Shown piece by piece: positions 26,618 to 38,137 of a DNA stretch of 64,000 bases (positions are counted from its first letter, which is position 1; every line of letters starts with the position of its first letter). A program made the position numbers and the translations under genes. Source of the stretch: Planctomycetota bacterium. GTDB taxonomy: Bacteria > Planctomycetota > UBA1135 > UBA2386. A model generated the notes under the pieces. The model saw only the letters and a program-made list of their open reading frames with translations, was not told the origin of the DNA and made no database searches. The stretch is from contig JANPER010000046.1 in assembly GCA_031423015.1 (NCBI GenBank), positions 12,647-76,646 on the forward strand, given 5' to 3'.

Positions 26618-27457
26618 TTGGCGCCGAGTCCTGCCCGCGTGACCGAGTCACCCCTCTCCCTGATCCAAGAGCCGCCACCGCGTCGCATCGACAAGGTGAT
26701 CGTGGTGTTGCCGGCCTACCGCGCCGCCAAGACCTTGGAAACCACCGTGCGGGCGGTGCCAGCGGACTTCCGCTGCGAGTTCCTGTTGGTCGACGACCAC
26801 AGCCCCGACGACACCTTGGCGGCGGCACAACGACTCGGCATCCGTGCCATGCGCCACGACAAGAACCTCGGCTACGGTGGCAACCAGAAGACGTGCTACC
26901 GCTTGGCCCTGGAGATGGGCGCCGACATCGTGGTGATGTTGCACCCCGACTATCAGTACGACCCGCGCGTGCTGCCGGCGATGGTCGAGTTCCTGCGCTT
27001 GAACATCTGCGACGTCGTGCTCGGCAGCCGGATCCGCAGTCGACGTGAGGCGGTGGCTTGCGGCATGCCACCTTGGAAATACCTGGCGAATCGTTTCCTC
27101 ACCATCACCGAGAACGTGGTGCTCGGCCAGAACCTCGGCGACTTCCACACCGGGTATCGCGCGTACGCACGCGAGGTGCTCGAGCAGATCCCGTGGCAAG
27201 CGAACTCCGACGACTTCGTGTTCGACAGCCAGTTCCTCGCCCAGGTCGCCTGGTTCCGCTTCCGCATGAGCGACGTGCCCGTGCCGTGTCGCTACTTCAA
27301 GGAGGCGTCGTCGATCAACTTCAAGCGCAGCGCCCGCTACGGCCTGCTGACCCTGTGGACGCTCTTGCAGTTCATGCTGGCGAAGCTCGGGCTCCATCGG
27401 GCCGCGATCTTCCGCAAGAAGGCGTCTGCCCCGGCTGAGCGATTACCGCAGCGGTAG
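26618..27457 (+). CDS. family 2 glycosyltransferase
   Basis: VIVVLPAYRAAKTLETTVRAV, LLVDDHSPDDT, DIVVMLHPDYQYDP (DXD-type) typical of GT2 / dolichol-phosphate-mannose-synthase-like enzymes. Confidence 0.75.
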   Translation: MAPSPARVTESPLSLIQEPPPRRIDKVIVVLPAYRAAKTLETTVRAVPADFRCEFLLVDDHSPDDTLAAAQRLGIRAMRHDKNLGYGGNQKTCYRLALEMGADIVVMLHPDYQYDPRVLPAMVEFLRLNICDVVLGSRIRSRREAVACGMPPWKYLANRFLTITENVVLGQNLGDFHTGYRAYAREVLEQIPWQANSDDFVFDSQFLAQVAWFRFRMSDVPVPCRYFKEASSINFKRSARYGLLTLWTLLQFMLAKLGLHRAAIFRKKASAPAERLPQR

Positions 27458-28516
27458 CGGCTTGGCGGCGCGCGTCTCGGCGGCGCACCAATCGAGCCCG
27501 AGCAACTGCGCCACCGTGGCGGCGGTTTGACTCTGCGTCACTTCGACATCGCTGCGCACACCGAGCGGCGCCGTGTCGGGGCCAAGCACCGCGAACCAGA
27601 CCTTGTCGGCGCCGACGGTCTTGTCGTTGTGGTCGGTCCAAGCAGCGCCATCGCCACGACCATGATCGACGGTGATCACCAGCGAAGTCTTGCCGGCATA
27701 CTCGGGCATGGACTGCAACTCCTGCCACATCCCCGCGAGCCAGCGGTCGGCGCGCTGCGCTGCTTCGCAGTACAGGTCGTAGCGCTTCTCGTGCGCCCAG
27801 CAGTCGGTTTCGCCCAACGCGATGTAGACGAGGCGCGGTTCCTTCACCGGCAGATACTCGGCGAAGCCCTCGAAGGCGGCGACGTCGAACGCGCAGTCGT
27901 CCCAATAGGTGGGCAGCGCGCGCAGCATCTGATTCTTCACCAGCAGCCTCGACTCCTGCAGGCCGTGCTCGATCGGCGCGTGACAGGCGAGCACATAGAT
28001 GCCGCTGCGTTCGACGTTGAGGATGTAGGGGAACACATCCCAAGTGCAGAACGCCGCCACGCGGCCGGCGAAGCCCTCTTGCTTGTGGATCCACTCGAAC
28101 ACCGTCTGATTCGGATTCGGCCGCTTGGCGTTGGAGTCGATCCGCGCGTCGACGAACCCACACAGCAGCTCGTGATAGCCGGGATACGAGAAGTGGTGCG
28201 GGTTGGTCACCTTGGCGATGCACCGGGCCGACGGATCGCCAAACAGTTGGCCTTCCTTGGCCACGGTGCCCCACAGGAACGGGAACAGCTGCCTGCGGCG
28301 CTCCTGCGGCGTGCCGCGCCAGAAGCGTTTGCGGAACGCGAGCAAGTCCTTCACCCCACCCAGCTCCTTGCTGACGAGCGCACTCTCGGCGCCGCCGAAC
28401 ACCTCTTGCCAACGCAATCCGTCGAGGGTCACGAGGATGACGTTGCGCGTGTTCTGCGCCGCCAACGACGCGACGGCCAAGAAGAGAGCGAGCAGGGTTC
28501 GCATGGGCGCGTGCAT
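27443..28516 (-). CDS. secreted alkaline-phosphatase-superfamily protein
   Basis: signal peptide MHAPMRTLLALFLAVASLAAQ; metal-site motif VILVTLDGLRWQE; ITVDHGRGDGAAWTDHN. Confidence 0.6.
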   Translation of the reverse strand: MHAPMRTLLALFLAVASLAAQNTRNVILVTLDGLRWQEVFGGAESALVSKELGGVKDLLAFRKRFWRGTPQERRRQLFPFLWGTVAKEGQLFGDPSARCIAKVTNPHHFSYPGYHELLCGFVDARIDSNAKRPNPNQTVFEWIHKQEGFAGRVAAFCTWDVFPYILNVERSGIYVLACHAPIEHGLQESRLLVKNQMLRALPTYWDDCAFDVAAFEGFAEYLPVKEPRLVYIALGETDCWAHEKRYDLYCEAAQRADRWLAGMWQELQSMPEYAGKTSLVITVDHGRGDGAAWTDHNDKTVGADKVWFAVLGPDTAPLGVRSDVEVTQSQTAATVAQLLGLDWCAAETRAAKPLPLR

Positions 28517-28648
28517 AACCGACCCGGTGCGCCGTTGCCACCGCGCCCAAACTCACCCCGACCCGCAACCCACGTGCAACGGCGTCCGGCGTCTATACAC
28601 TGCCCCGCCCGCCATGCCCCGCCTTGTCGCCCCAGCAAGCCCAGCCGC

Positions 28649-30088
28649 ATGACCGTCGCCATCCTGGGTGCCGGCATCACCGGCTTGGCATTCGGCTATC
28701 TGCTGACCAAGCAGGGCATTCCGGTGCGCATCTTCGAAGCCGCGGCAAGCGAGGGCGGCCTGGCGAGCAGCTTCGAGTCGCATGGCTTCTACTTCGACTA
28801 TGGGCCACACGAGTTCGTCACCGACAACCCGGCGCTCGAGACCCTGCTGACCGAGGTCTGCGGCGACGACCTGCTCACCGTCGTCAAGCGCACGTCGCAG
28901 CACTTCGGCGGTCGCTTCATCCCGTATCCCTTTGGCATCGTCGACATCGTTCGCAGCATCAACCCGCTGGTCACCTTGCGCGCGGGCATCGACGTCACGT
29001 GGAACCGCCTGTGCAACCTTTTGCGCAAGCCGAAGGACGACAGCTTTGCGGCGTGGACGAAGTCGCGCTTCGGCAAGACCCTCTACGACATCTACTTCGG
29101 CCCCTATACGCACAAGGTGTGGGGTGTCGAGCCGCACCACCTGGACCCCCGCACCGCGTCAGATCGCATCACCGTGGACTCGGTGTGGGACCTGCTGATG
29201 AAGTCATTGAAGCATCGCTGGCTCGGCGCCGACGACTTCAAGAAGACGCACAGTGAGTTCCGCAAGGACTTCTACTACACCAAGCGCGGCGCCGGCACGC
29301 TGCAGCACCACCTGCGACGGCACGTCGAGAAGGCCGGCGGTGTGTTCGAGTTCGGCAAGCAACTCACCGGGTTGACTCGCAACGACAAGGGCGACGTCAA
29401 CGAACTTCGTTTCGCGGACGGCACGCGCTTCTCAGGCTTCTCGACGGTGGTGTCGACGATTGCGCTGCCGACGTTGACCAAGCTGGTGCTCGGCAACAAG
29501 GCCGACGCGCTCCTTGCCGACAACCAGCTGCCATTCCGCGGCATGGCGTTCGTGTTCGTGCGCGTCAACAAAAGGGTGGCCTCGGGCTACCACTGGGTCT
29601 ACTTCCCCGACCGCAAGGTCCCGTTCCAGCGCACGACCGAGTTCGGCTTGTTCGGGGCCGAGATGTCGCCGCCGGGCACCACGGGCTTGGCGCTCGAAGT
29701 CGCGATGAGCCCAGACGAAGCCGAGTGGCAGCGCGCCGACGCCGACATCGCCGAGGACTGCATCCGCTGCGCGATCGAGCTGGGTTGGTTCACGCGCGAG
29801 GAACTGCTCGGCTACGACGTCGTGCGCACCCGCTACGCCTACCCCGTGCAGGTCAAGCACTACAAGGAGCGAGCGATGGCGCTGCTCGAAGCGATCGCCG
29901 AGGCGCCCAACCTGATCTCCGTCGGCCGCCAGGGCTTGTTCCGCTACTGCAATCAGAATGAGTGCATCGAGATGGCGCTCGAAGTCGTGCCCCGGATGTT
30001 GGCCGGCGAACGCAACATCCGCTACACCAAAGAAGGCTCCTGGCTCGGCGTCGGCGTGACCGATCGCTACCAGACGAGCCGGTCGTGA
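28649..30088 (+). CDS. FAD/NAD(P)-binding oxidoreductase (amine-oxidase / protoporphyrinogen-oxidase-like)
   Basis: internal ATG of ORF 27527..30088 (upstream part is antisense of the previous gene); MTVAILGAGITGLAFGYLL, EAAASEGGLASSF. Confidence 0.65.
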   Translation: MTVAILGAGITGLAFGYLLTKQGIPVRIFEAAASEGGLASSFESHGFYFDYGPHEFVTDNPALETLLTEVCGDDLLTVVKRTSQHFGGRFIPYPFGIVDIVRSINPLVTLRAGIDVTWNRLCNLLRKPKDDSFAAWTKSRFGKTLYDIYFGPYTHKVWGVEPHHLDPRTASDRITVDSVWDLLMKSLKHRWLGADDFKKTHSEFRKDFYYTKRGAGTLQHHLRRHVEKAGGVFEFGKQLTGLTRNDKGDVNELRFADGTRFSGFSTVVSTIALPTLTKLVLGNKADALLADNQLPFRGMAFVFVRVNKRVASGYHWVYFPDRKVPFQRTTEFGLFGAEMSPPGTTGLALEVAMSPDEAEWQRADADIAEDCIRCAIELGWFTREELLGYDVVRTRYAYPVQVKHYKERAMALLEAIAEAPNLISVGRQGLFRYCNQNECIEMALEVVPRMLAGERNIRYTKEGSWLGVGVTDRYQTSRS

Positions 30089-30561
30089 AGCTGTGGATCC
30101 TCAGCGTCGGCAAGCCGAAGGCCTCGATGATCGCCGACGGCGTGCGCGACTATGTGCAACGCTTGCAACGCTACGCGAGCCTGGAGCTGCTCACAGTGGT
30201 GGGCGAGGACATCGCGCCGCGCGCGCGCAAAGGCGACGTCGCGGTGGCGCTGGGCAAGGAGGCCGCGCGGATCCTCGACAAGATTCCGGCCGGCGCGTGC
30301 GTCGTGGCGCTCGATCGAGAGGGGCGTGCCCTGAGTTCGCCCGAGCTGGCGACCGAGCTAGGCCGCTGGCAGCAGTCCGAACGGGCCGTCGTGTTCGTGA
30401 TCGGCAGCGCCTTTGGCCTCGACGCCAAGGTGCTGGAGCGCGCCCGCTTGCGGTTGAGCCTGTCGCGGCTGACCTTGCCGCACGAGCTGGCCATGCTGGT
30501 GCTCGCTGAGCAGGTCTACCGCGCCCACACCATCCTGCGCGGCGAGCCCTACCACAAATAA
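30085..30561 (+). CDS. rlmH: 23S rRNA (pseudouridine1915-N3)-methyltransferase RlmH
   Basis: GTG 30085 overlapping the previous stop; VKLWILSVGKPKA ... VVFVIGSAFGLD ... SRLTLPHELAMLVLAEQVYRAHTILRGEPYHK (SPOUT fold, RlmH signature). Confidence 0.8.
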   Translation: MKLWILSVGKPKASMIADGVRDYVQRLQRYASLELLTVVGEDIAPRARKGDVAVALGKEAARILDKIPAGACVVALDREGRALSSPELATELGRWQQSERAVVFVIGSAFGLDAKVLERARLRLSLSRLTLPHELAMLVLAEQVYRAHTILRGEPYHK

Positions 30562-30628
30562 GGCTGCGGCGCGGGAAGTCCCGGAGAATGCCCCAGCCCT
30601 CACTCAGTAGGCTGCGCGGTTCAGCCGT

Positions 30629-31171
30629 ATGGAGACGACCTACCTCATTTGTGCAGTCGCGGGCGGCACCGTCCTCCTCGCGCAGACCCTGCTCTCTCTG
30701 CTCGGTGGCGTCGGACACACCGACATCCACGCCGACGATGCGCTGGAGACGATCGCTGACGCGCACGACTCGTTCCTGAAGCTGCTGTCGCTCAAGACGA
30801 TCGTCGCCTTCATCACCTTCTTCGGGTTGACCGGACTCAGCGGCCGTAGCGCCGGCTGGGGCGACTGGACGACGCTCGGCATCGCGATGGCCGCCGGCGT
30901 CGTCGCCCTGTGGATCGTGGCGTGGTTGATGTCGTCGCTCGCCCACCTGCAGTCGCGTGGCAACGTCGACATGAACAACGCGGTCGGTCAGCCCGCACAG
31001 GTTTACCTGCCGATTCCCGGGCAACACAAGGGACACGGCAAGGTGCTCGTGACTGTGCAGGGACGCACGGTGGAGAGCCGCGCACAGACCTCGGGACCGA
31101 CGCTAGAAACCGGCGCGTCCGCCGTTGTTGTCGCTGTGCACGACGACATCGTCGAAGTGCAGCGCGCTTGA
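30629..31171 (+). CDS. NfeD-family membrane protein
   Basis: 180-aa ORF, N-terminal TM helices and C-terminal OB-fold-like VYLPIPGQHKGHGKVLVTVQGRTVESRAQT; directly upstream of a flotillin gene as in NfeD-SPFH operons. Confidence 0.6.
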   Translation: METTYLICAVAGGTVLLAQTLLSLLGGVGHTDIHADDALETIADAHDSFLKLLSLKTIVAFITFFGLTGLSGRSAGWGDWTTLGIAMAAGVVALWIVAWLMSSLAHLQSRGNVDMNNAVGQPAQVYLPIPGQHKGHGKVLVTVQGRTVESRAQTSGPTLETGASAVVVAVHDDIVEVQRA

Positions 31172-31219
31172 CTCGGACCACCCTCGAACACCAGCCATCC
31201 ATCCCTCTGAGGACCCACG

Positions 31220-32782
31220 ATGCCCACTGAAAACCCCTTCCTGATCGCCATGGTCGCCGCCGGCGTCTTGGTGCTGTTCGGTTTCGCGCTCCTCGTGATC
31301 AAGCGCTACAAGCGCTGCCCGAGCAACAAGGTCCTGGTCATCTACGGCAAGGTCAGCCAGGGTCAGTCGGCGCGCTGCCTGCACGGCGGCGGTGCCTTCG
31401 TCTGGCCGCTCATCCAAGACTACGCCTACCTGCACCTCGACCCGGTGCAGATCGAGGTGCCGCTGCGCGGCGCGTTGTCGATGGAGAACATCCGCGTCAA
31501 CGTGCCGAGCGTGTTCACGGTGGCGATCGGCACGCAGCCGCATCAGATGCAGAATGCCGCGATCCGCCTGCTGGGCTTGGACAACAAGGCGATCATCAAG
31601 CAAGCGGAGGACATCATCTTTGGCCAGCTGCGCCAAGTGATCGCGTCGATGGGGATCCAGGACATCAACCGCGACCGCGACAAGTTCCTCGACTCGATTC
31701 AGCGCTCCCTCGAACCCGAGTTGGAGAAGATCGGCCTGGTCCTGATCAACGTCAACATCACCGACATCACCGATGAGTCCGGCTACATCGAGGCGATCGG
31801 GCGCAAGGCTGCCTCGCAGGCCGTGCAGCAGGCGTTGATCGACGTCGCCGAACAGACCAAGAAGGGCGCCATCGGCGTCGCCGACGCCGACCGCGAGCGC
31901 GAGGTGCAGGTGGCCTTGGCCGGCAAGTTCCGCGAGATCGGCATCAAGGAAGCCGACCGCGACAAGTTGGTGAGCCTCGCCGACCTCGACAAGGAGACCG
32001 CGATCGGCCAGCGCGCCGCGGCGTTCGCGCAGGAGTCGCGCGTCAAAGACGAGGAGCGCAAGATGCGCGTCGCCGTCGCCGAGGCAAACGCCGCCGCGGT
32101 GACCGGCGAGAACAAGGCCAAGGCAGCGGTCGCCGAAGCCGAGTCGATGCTCCGGATCAAGCAAGCCGACGCCTATCAAGCGGCGGAGACGCGGCAGCGT
32201 GAGGCCGAGGCCAAGGTGCTGCAGGCGCAGTACGAGGCTCAGGCACTCGCCGCCGAAGCGATGGCGCGCAAGGTCGAGGCCGAGAAGCGCGCCGAACTCG
32301 AAGCCTTCGCCAAGGCGACCAAGGCGAAGGTCGTGGTCGACGCCGAGGCCGCGGCCGAGCAAGTCCGCATCCATGCCAAGGCCGACGCCGACGCGATCTT
32401 CCTCAAGCTCGATGCGCAGGCGCGCGGCAACTTCGAGATCCTGGCCAAGAAGGCCGAGGGCTTGCAACGCATCGTCGATGGCTGCGGCGGCGCGCAGCAG
32501 GCGTTTCAGCTGCTGATGATCGAGAAGGTCGAGGCGCTCGCGGCCACCGCGGCGACCGCGATCAGCAACATCAAGTTCGACAAGATCGTGGTGTGGGACG
32601 GCCAGAACGGCAGCGCCACTTCCAACTTCGTGCGCAGCCTCGCCGGCGCTCTGCCGCCGATGATGCAGATGATGCGCGACGTCGGCGGCGTAGAGATGCC
32701 GGAGTTCATCGGCAAGCTGGCCGGGGAAGCGACGGCGACAAAGCCGGCGCTGGATGGCAAGGCGAAGGCAGGGCCGAGCTAG
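31220..32782 (+). CDS. flotillin (SPFH/band-7) family protein
   Basis: 520-aa ORF; N-terminal TM, SPFH core (NKVLVIYGKVSQGQ, RVNVPSVFTVAIGT) then long E/A/K-rich coiled-coil flotillin tail. Confidence 0.8.
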   Translation: MPTENPFLIAMVAAGVLVLFGFALLVIKRYKRCPSNKVLVIYGKVSQGQSARCLHGGGAFVWPLIQDYAYLHLDPVQIEVPLRGALSMENIRVNVPSVFTVAIGTQPHQMQNAAIRLLGLDNKAIIKQAEDIIFGQLRQVIASMGIQDINRDRDKFLDSIQRSLEPELEKIGLVLINVNITDITDESGYIEAIGRKAASQAVQQALIDVAEQTKKGAIGVADADREREVQVALAGKFREIGIKEADRDKLVSLADLDKETAIGQRAAAFAQESRVKDEERKMRVAVAEANAAAVTGENKAKAAVAEAESMLRIKQADAYQAAETRQREAEAKVLQAQYEAQALAAEAMARKVEAEKRAELEAFAKATKAKVVVDAEAAAEQVRIHAKADADAIFLKLDAQARGNFEILAKKAEGLQRIVDGCGGAQQAFQLLMIEKVEALAATAATAISNIKFDKIVVWDGQNGSATSNFVRSLAGALPPMMQMMRDVGGVEMPEFIGKLAGEATATKPALDGKAKAGPS

Positions 32783-32800
32783 CCTGGCTCGGCGGTTCGA

Positions 32801-35800
32801 TCACGCCGCCAAAGCCATCGTTCGCACCCGCTCCAACGCGGCAATCAACTCGTCGACCTGCACCGACGAGAACAGCCCGTCCGGCCCTTGCGGCGTGAGA
32901 TCGGTGAACGGCGACTCGTAGAGCAACGACGCCGACATCACGCCGTGCTCGGTGAGATGGTCGACGACCAGATTCACGAACTCGATCTGGTTTGCACTCA
33001 ACGTCTTGCCGGTGAGAAACCCCGCCATCGCGGCCTTGGCGGCCTCGCGGTCCAGCCCCACGAGCGAACGTACGAAGAGCCCGAGACCCTGCGCGGCTTG
33101 CTTGGCGTGGTCGATCTCAGCAACGCCTCCGACTCCGCTCTCCGCCAACATCCGCTCGAGGTCCGAGAGGTCCGCCGTGGTGAGCGGCAGGTTCATGCGC
33201 AGCTTGTGGATCGCGAGGTGGTCCCGGTGCGCGCGCAGAAAGGCGCGGGCCTTGGCGCGGAACTTCTCGAAGTCGCCGCCTGGCGCCGCGAAACCCGGCA
33301 GGTCGACGGTCGTCTCAGCACCGATCTCGTCCTCGAAGTCAGTGTAGATGGGCTTGCGACGCTGCTTGTCGATGAGCTTGATGAGATCACGCAAGCGTCG
33401 GCGCACCGACTCCAACATCGGCGTCGTCACATCCTGCCACCATGCCTCGCTCTGCAGGTCTTGGATCAGCGGCAGCTCCTTCTGCACCATCGGGATGGCG
33501 GCCTTCTCTTCCAGCAAGCCGGCGATCGCCATGACCTGATCGCGCAGGCGCTCGAACCCTGGCTCGGCGCGCAACAGGGCCAACTGCAGGCTGAGGATGA
33601 GCAGGTCGAACCGCTTGGCCTCCTCGCCTTCGGCTTCCAGCTCCGACGGGAGCCCAGCGATCTCGTGCGCCAGCTCGGACAACGCCGCATCAGACAACAT
33701 CCCCCATGCCGCAGGCTGGCCGTACTTCTCGACCAAGCGGCGCTTTGGCCGAACCACGAAGTTGGCGACGTTCATCGCCGCAACCTCGGCGTGCAGCGTC
33801 TCGGCAATGCCAGTCCGCATCTCCGCTTCGTTGCGCGGCGGACCAAACGTCGCAGCACGTTCTTTGACTACCGCACCCGAGGCTCCGGCCGCACACCTCT
33901 TGTCCAGCTCGCCGAGCATCTCGAGCCGCGCCGTGAACAAGCGCTTGCCAAGCGCCTCTCCCACCGCACCGTCGGTCGTCTCTGGATCCTGCGCGAAGTA
34001 CTCCAGGTTCTGGCAGAAGTCGAAGACGTAGAAGAACTGCTTGTGCCGGCCCGGGCCGAACAGATCCCGGCACAGCCGTGTGCCGCGCCCAAGCATCTGC
34101 CAGAACTTGGTCTTCGAGCGGATGAGCTTGAAGAACACCAGGTTCACCACCTCCGGCACGTCGATCCCCGTGTCCAGCATGTCGACCGAGATCGCGAGGT
34201 GCGGCGGCTTGTCCTTCTCCGCAAAGTCGTCGATGAGAGTCTGGACGTACTCGACCTTGAAGGTGATGACCTGCGCGAACTTGCCCTTGAGCTGCGGGTA
34301 GTTGACGTCGAAACGCTTGGCGATGAAGTCGGCGTGGGCTTGGTTCTTGGCGAACACGATCGTCTTGCCGAGGCGATCGCCGCCCGCCACCTTCAACCCG
34401 CGTGTCATCAGGTGCGCCAGCACTTTGTCGACGGTGTCCTCGTTGAACAACCACTTGTTGACCGCCTCGGCCTCGACGCGTTCGGGCGCGCCATCGTCTT
34501 CGTCCCATTCGAGCGCGTCCCACTGCTCCTTGTCCGCCTCTGATAGCTCCGCGTAGGTGATCCCCCGGCGCGGGAACTTCAGCGGCACCGACACCGACCG
34601 CGGCGGCACCAAGAACTTGTCCCACACCGCTTCTTCGAGGGAGTACGCGTCCGTGGGCACCCCGTTCTCCAAATCGAACAGGCCATACGTGTTGCGATCG
34701 ACCTCGTCTTTCGGCGTCGCCGTCAACCCCACCAACAACGCATCGAAGTAGTCGAAGATGGCGCGGTACTTCTGAAACACCGAGCGGTGCGCCTCATCGA
34801 TGATCACCAGGTCGAAGTGCCCCACGCCAAAGCGCCGCTGCCCGTCGAGCCCACCGCCTTCGAGTGACTGGTCGATCAAACCCATGATCGTCGGGTAGGT
34901 CGACACGAACACGCGCCCCTCGGTGGTCTTCTCGGTCACCAGGTTCACCGGCGACGCGTCCGGTAGGTGCTTCTTGAACGCGTTCACCGCCTGCTTCACC
35001 AGCGCCACGCGGTCGGCCAAGAACAGCACCCGCTTGGCCCAGTTGCAGCGCAAGAGCACGTCGCACAGCGCAATCACCGTGCGCGTCTTGCCGGCGCCGG
35101 TCGCCATCACCACCAACGCCTTGCGCTCGTGGTCGCGCTCGAACGCCTCGCCGATGCGCCGGATCGCGCGCGTTTGGTAGTAGCGCTCGACGATCGCGGT
35201 GTTGATCGCAGCGGTCGACAGCGACTTCCGGCTCGTGCGCCGCTGAATCATCAGCTCCAGCTCCGCCTTCTTGTAGAAGCCTTGCACCGGTCGCGGCGGG
35301 TACTGCGCGTCGTCCCACAGCCAGTGCTCGTAGCCGTTGCTGTAGAAGATCACCGGCCGCTGCCCACACATCGCCTCCAGGCAGTCGGCGTAGAGCTTGG
35401 CTTGTCGCTGGCCAACGCGGGGATCGCGCCGCGTGCGCTTGGCCTCGATGAGGCCGAGCGGCTTGCCGTCGTCGCCCCACAACACGTAGTCGACGAAGCC
35501 CGTCTCTTGCTGGTTCGGCATGCCGGCGACCTCGAACTCGCGGTCGCGGGGTTGATCGAGCGTCCAACCTGCTTCCTTCAGCAGCAGATCGATGAAGTAG
35601 TCGCGCGTCTCGGCTTCCGAGTAGTCGTGCGTATCCGGTTGCGCTGCACTCGCCTTCTTGGCGGCCGCGACTTCGGCGCGCAGCCGTTCGAGTTCCGCAT
35701 CCAAGGCTGCCTTGTCGGCGCGCAGCTCCGACAACTTCGCGTCGCGCTCGCGCAGGGTGGCTTCGAGCTTCTGCAGATCCTCGGCGGACTGCTTGGCGAC

Positions 35801-36250
35801 CTCTGTCGTCCTCGGCAGGGCGTTCGCGTCGAACAGCAACCCAGGCTCCGGCCGCGTCCCCCGCGCATACGTGCGCGCCAGCCAGTAGCCCACGTGGAAC
35901 AGCTCGCGCAACGACACCAGCGCTTCTGCCAGCAGGATCGGCCGCGCGCTGTGCGCAGCCTGGTTGCCGAGCTGCGTGATGACGCGCGCCTTGCTGAACA
36001 CCGCCGCGCCCGCCGTGGCTTTGAACGTGGGCTCATGGATCAGCGCGCTGAGGTTGTCCTGGTAAGGAACGCGCAACGACGAGTCGTGCTTGAACACCCA
36101 CGCCACCAAAAGCTCCAACGCCCGCCGCGCGTAGAAGCACGCCGCGCGCGGATCTTGGTGCGCTGCCGTCGCCGCCTTGCTGGCCGCCTCGAACACTGCC
36201 GGCCACTCCGCTTGCAGGATGGCAAAGGGGTGCGTCACGGCCGGCGACAC
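32801..36250 (-). CDS. hsdR: type I restriction enzyme R (endonuclease/helicase) subunit
   Basis: 1149-aa ORF; N-terminal DUF4145-like region, nuclease region ([21 protein letters not shown]), SF2 helicase motifs ([31 protein letters not shown]). Confidence 0.85.
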   Translation of the reverse strand: MSPAVTHPFAILQAEWPAVFEAASKAATAAHQDPRAACFYARRALELLVAWVFKHDSSLRVPYQDNLSALIHEPTFKATAGAAVFSKARVITQLGNQAAHSARPILLAEALVSLRELFHVGYWLARTYARGTRPEPGLLFDANALPRTTEVAKQSAEDLQKLEATLRERDAKLSELRADKAALDAELERLRAEVAAAKKASAAQPDTHDYSEAETRDYFIDLLLKEAGWTLDQPRDREFEVAGMPNQQETGFVDYVLWGDDGKPLGLIEAKRTRRDPRVGQRQAKLYADCLEAMCGQRPVIFYSNGYEHWLWDDAQYPPRPVQGFYKKAELELMIQRRTSRKSLSTAAINTAIVERYYQTRAIRRIGEAFERDHERKALVVMATGAGKTRTVIALCDVLLRCNWAKRVLFLADRVALVKQAVNAFKKHLPDASPVNLVTEKTTEGRVFVSTYPTIMGLIDQSLEGGGLDGQRRFGVGHFDLVIIDEAHRSVFQKYRAIFDYFDALLVGLTATPKDEVDRNTYGLFDLENGVPTDAYSLEEAVWDKFLVPPRSVSVPLKFPRRGITYAELSEADKEQWDALEWDEDDGAPERVEAEAVNKWLFNEDTVDKVLAHLMTRGLKVAGGDRLGKTIVFAKNQAHADFIAKRFDVNYPQLKGKFAQVITFKVEYVQTLIDDFAEKDKPPHLAISVDMLDTGIDVPEVVNLVFFKLIRSKTKFWQMLGRGTRLCRDLFGPGRHKQFFYVFDFCQNLEYFAQDPETTDGAVGEALGKRLFTARLEMLGELDKRCAAGASGAVVKERAATFGPPRNEAEMRTGIAETLHAEVAAMNVANFVVRPKRRLVEKYGQPAAWGMLSDAALSELAHEIAGLPSELEAEGEEAKRFDLLILSLQLALLRAEPGFERLRDQVMAIAGLLEEKAAIPMVQKELPLIQDLQSEAWWQDVTTPMLESVRRRLRDLIKLIDKQRRKPIYTDFEDEIGAETTVDLPGFAAPGGDFEKFRAKARAFLRAHRDHLAIHKLRMNLPLTTADLSDLERMLAESGVGGVAEIDHAKQAAQGLGLFVRSLVGLDREAAKAAMAGFLTGKTLSANQIEFVNLVVDHLTEHGVMSASLLYESPFTDLTPQGPDGLFSSVQVDELIAALERVRTMALAA

Positions 36251-36465
36251 CCGGTTGCTTGCGCACTTCGCCCGATTCGTTGGCTCCGCTGCTGCGTGTC
36301 GCGACTGCTCATGCCGTCACCTGAGGCCGGGTGGCCAGCCTACGTGGCGCGGCGCCCGGCCTCCTCTAAGGCCCAGTCTAAGGCCCAACCGCTTACGGAA
36401 CGTCCTTCATAAGTCATTGCTAGCCATACGTTCCACTGCTTCAAGGTGATCGCCATTAGGTGCCG

Positions 36466-38137
36466 TCAGGGGTTCTGAGCCTTAGCAGGCGCGACTACCC
36501 AGCGCGCCCACCGTTTCACTCCCCGGAGCACCACACGTCCTTCGGTGCGCAGTTCGACCAGCAGACGTTGCACACCACTCTCAGACTCAGCCGGCAACAC
36601 CTGACACAGCTCGGCGAGAGGCGCACCCACGTCACCCTGCTGGCGCAAGTGTCGCTCGAGCAGCGCCTTGTTGGTTTCGCGATCGAGCCCACGCTTGCGC
36701 GTGTAGACGCCCTTGGCTCCGAGCGCGGCGTAGAGACGTTGCGACAGCAGGTAGCGCGTTCCCTTACCGCGACCGATTGACTCCACCACGCCCGCGGCAA
36801 CCAGTCCCGGCAGCCGCGCTTGCAGAACTTCGGGCAGCGGCTTCTCGTGATGCAGCGCATCGAGCGCGAGGAAGTCGTAGGTGGAGAACGAGCGCAGCGT
36901 CTCCTCGCCCAGTCGCTCCATGAGCCGCACCAAAGCAGGACTGTTGACCTCGCCTTCCAGCGCCAGTCGCACCTCGTGGTCAGCGGTGCCGGCGAAGCTC
37001 GGCAGCGGTTTGCCCTGGCGGACCGCGCTCTCGAACATCAGATTCATCCCCTGCCCCGACCGCTCGATCAACCCGCACTTGGCCAACGCTTCAGCCAGCC
37101 GCCGGTTGCGCGGGTTCTGCTGGTCGAGAATGTTCTGCGGCGTGATGCCGGCCGGAAAACCGCCGGGGCTCACGATCTCGAGCCGCCGCGGGTGCTGCCG
37201 CACGAACACCGACCCGCCGAGCCGATAGTCGCGGTGCGCCACCGCGTTGAGCAGCGCCTCGCGCACCGAGACCTCATCGAAGGTGGGGATATCCATGCGG
37301 AACAAACCCTCCTGGTAACTCTGCCGATCGTTGCGCAGGTTGATGCGGTGCCAGATCGCGTCCTGCCACAAGAAGAAGCCCTCGCGGAACTCGGCGCGAT
37401 CGGCCGCCGCCCGAGGCATCCGACGAGCGATACTCGAACACCACCTCGGCCTGGGCAAGCCAGCGACCCAGCGCGACGCGCGTGCCAAACAGAATCAACG
37501 CCGCGTACGCGACCTGATTGTCGACCAGCAGCTCGGCGTTGGTGAGCGTCTCGATGTCTGACCAGCTCGCTTTGCGTTCGTCGCGCGTCTTCTTCGCCCA
37601 GCGCTCTCGGTAGACGGTGATCGCCTCGGGCGCAAGGTCGTCCATCGAGGCGCCAGCACCCAGCTCAGCCGAAAAGTCCGGCCCCGTCTCGGCAAAGATG
37701 GCGCGCAGCTCTGCTGCACCCAGCGACGCCAGTTCGTCCCCGGTGCGCTTCAGATACCGACCGTCGATCTGCCACGCGGTGCCGGGCAAACGTGAGGGCA
37801 CGTGAACGACGAGCACGCGGCCATCCGGTGTCGCGATCTCTTCGATCGGAATGCGGTGCGACAGCCGCTCGAGCAGCCCGGCTTGTGTGCGGCCAGGCTC
37901 AGCAAACGCCGCGGTGCCCACGATGCGACGCGGGCGCTTGTCGCTCACCCCGAAGATGATCCTGCCGCCGCCCTCGTTCGCCAGCGCCACGCAGTAGTCC
38001 ACCAGCTTTTCGAAGTGGAAGTTGTGCTTGGCCTCCTTGAACTCGAGGTTGGCGCCCTCGGGTTGGCTGAGCCATTGCTGGAGTTGTTCAGCGGTGGTCG
38101 ACATGGCGGCGCGCTTACAACTCGCCGCGGAAGGCAC
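36466..38137 (-). pseudogene. AlbA_2 DNA-binding + HATPase-like (RecG-C-terminal-like putative regulator) gene split by a frameshift
   Basis: ORFs 37274..38137 (EFKEAKHNFHFEKLVDYCVALANEGGGRIIFGV ... EVVFEYRSS) and 36466..37488 (ADRAEFREGFFLWQDAIWHRINLRNDRQSYQEGLF ... RLEIVSPGGFP) are consecutive parts of one protein in different frames; switch lies in the GC tract cggccgccgcccgagg at ~37401..37416; overlaps hsdS start. Confidence 0.6.

Noticed and set aside
27527-28648. N-terminal 374 codons of track ORF 27527..30088
   Set aside because: Antisense to the alkaline-phosphatase-family gene 27443..28516. The FAD-binding fold begins at ATG 28649.
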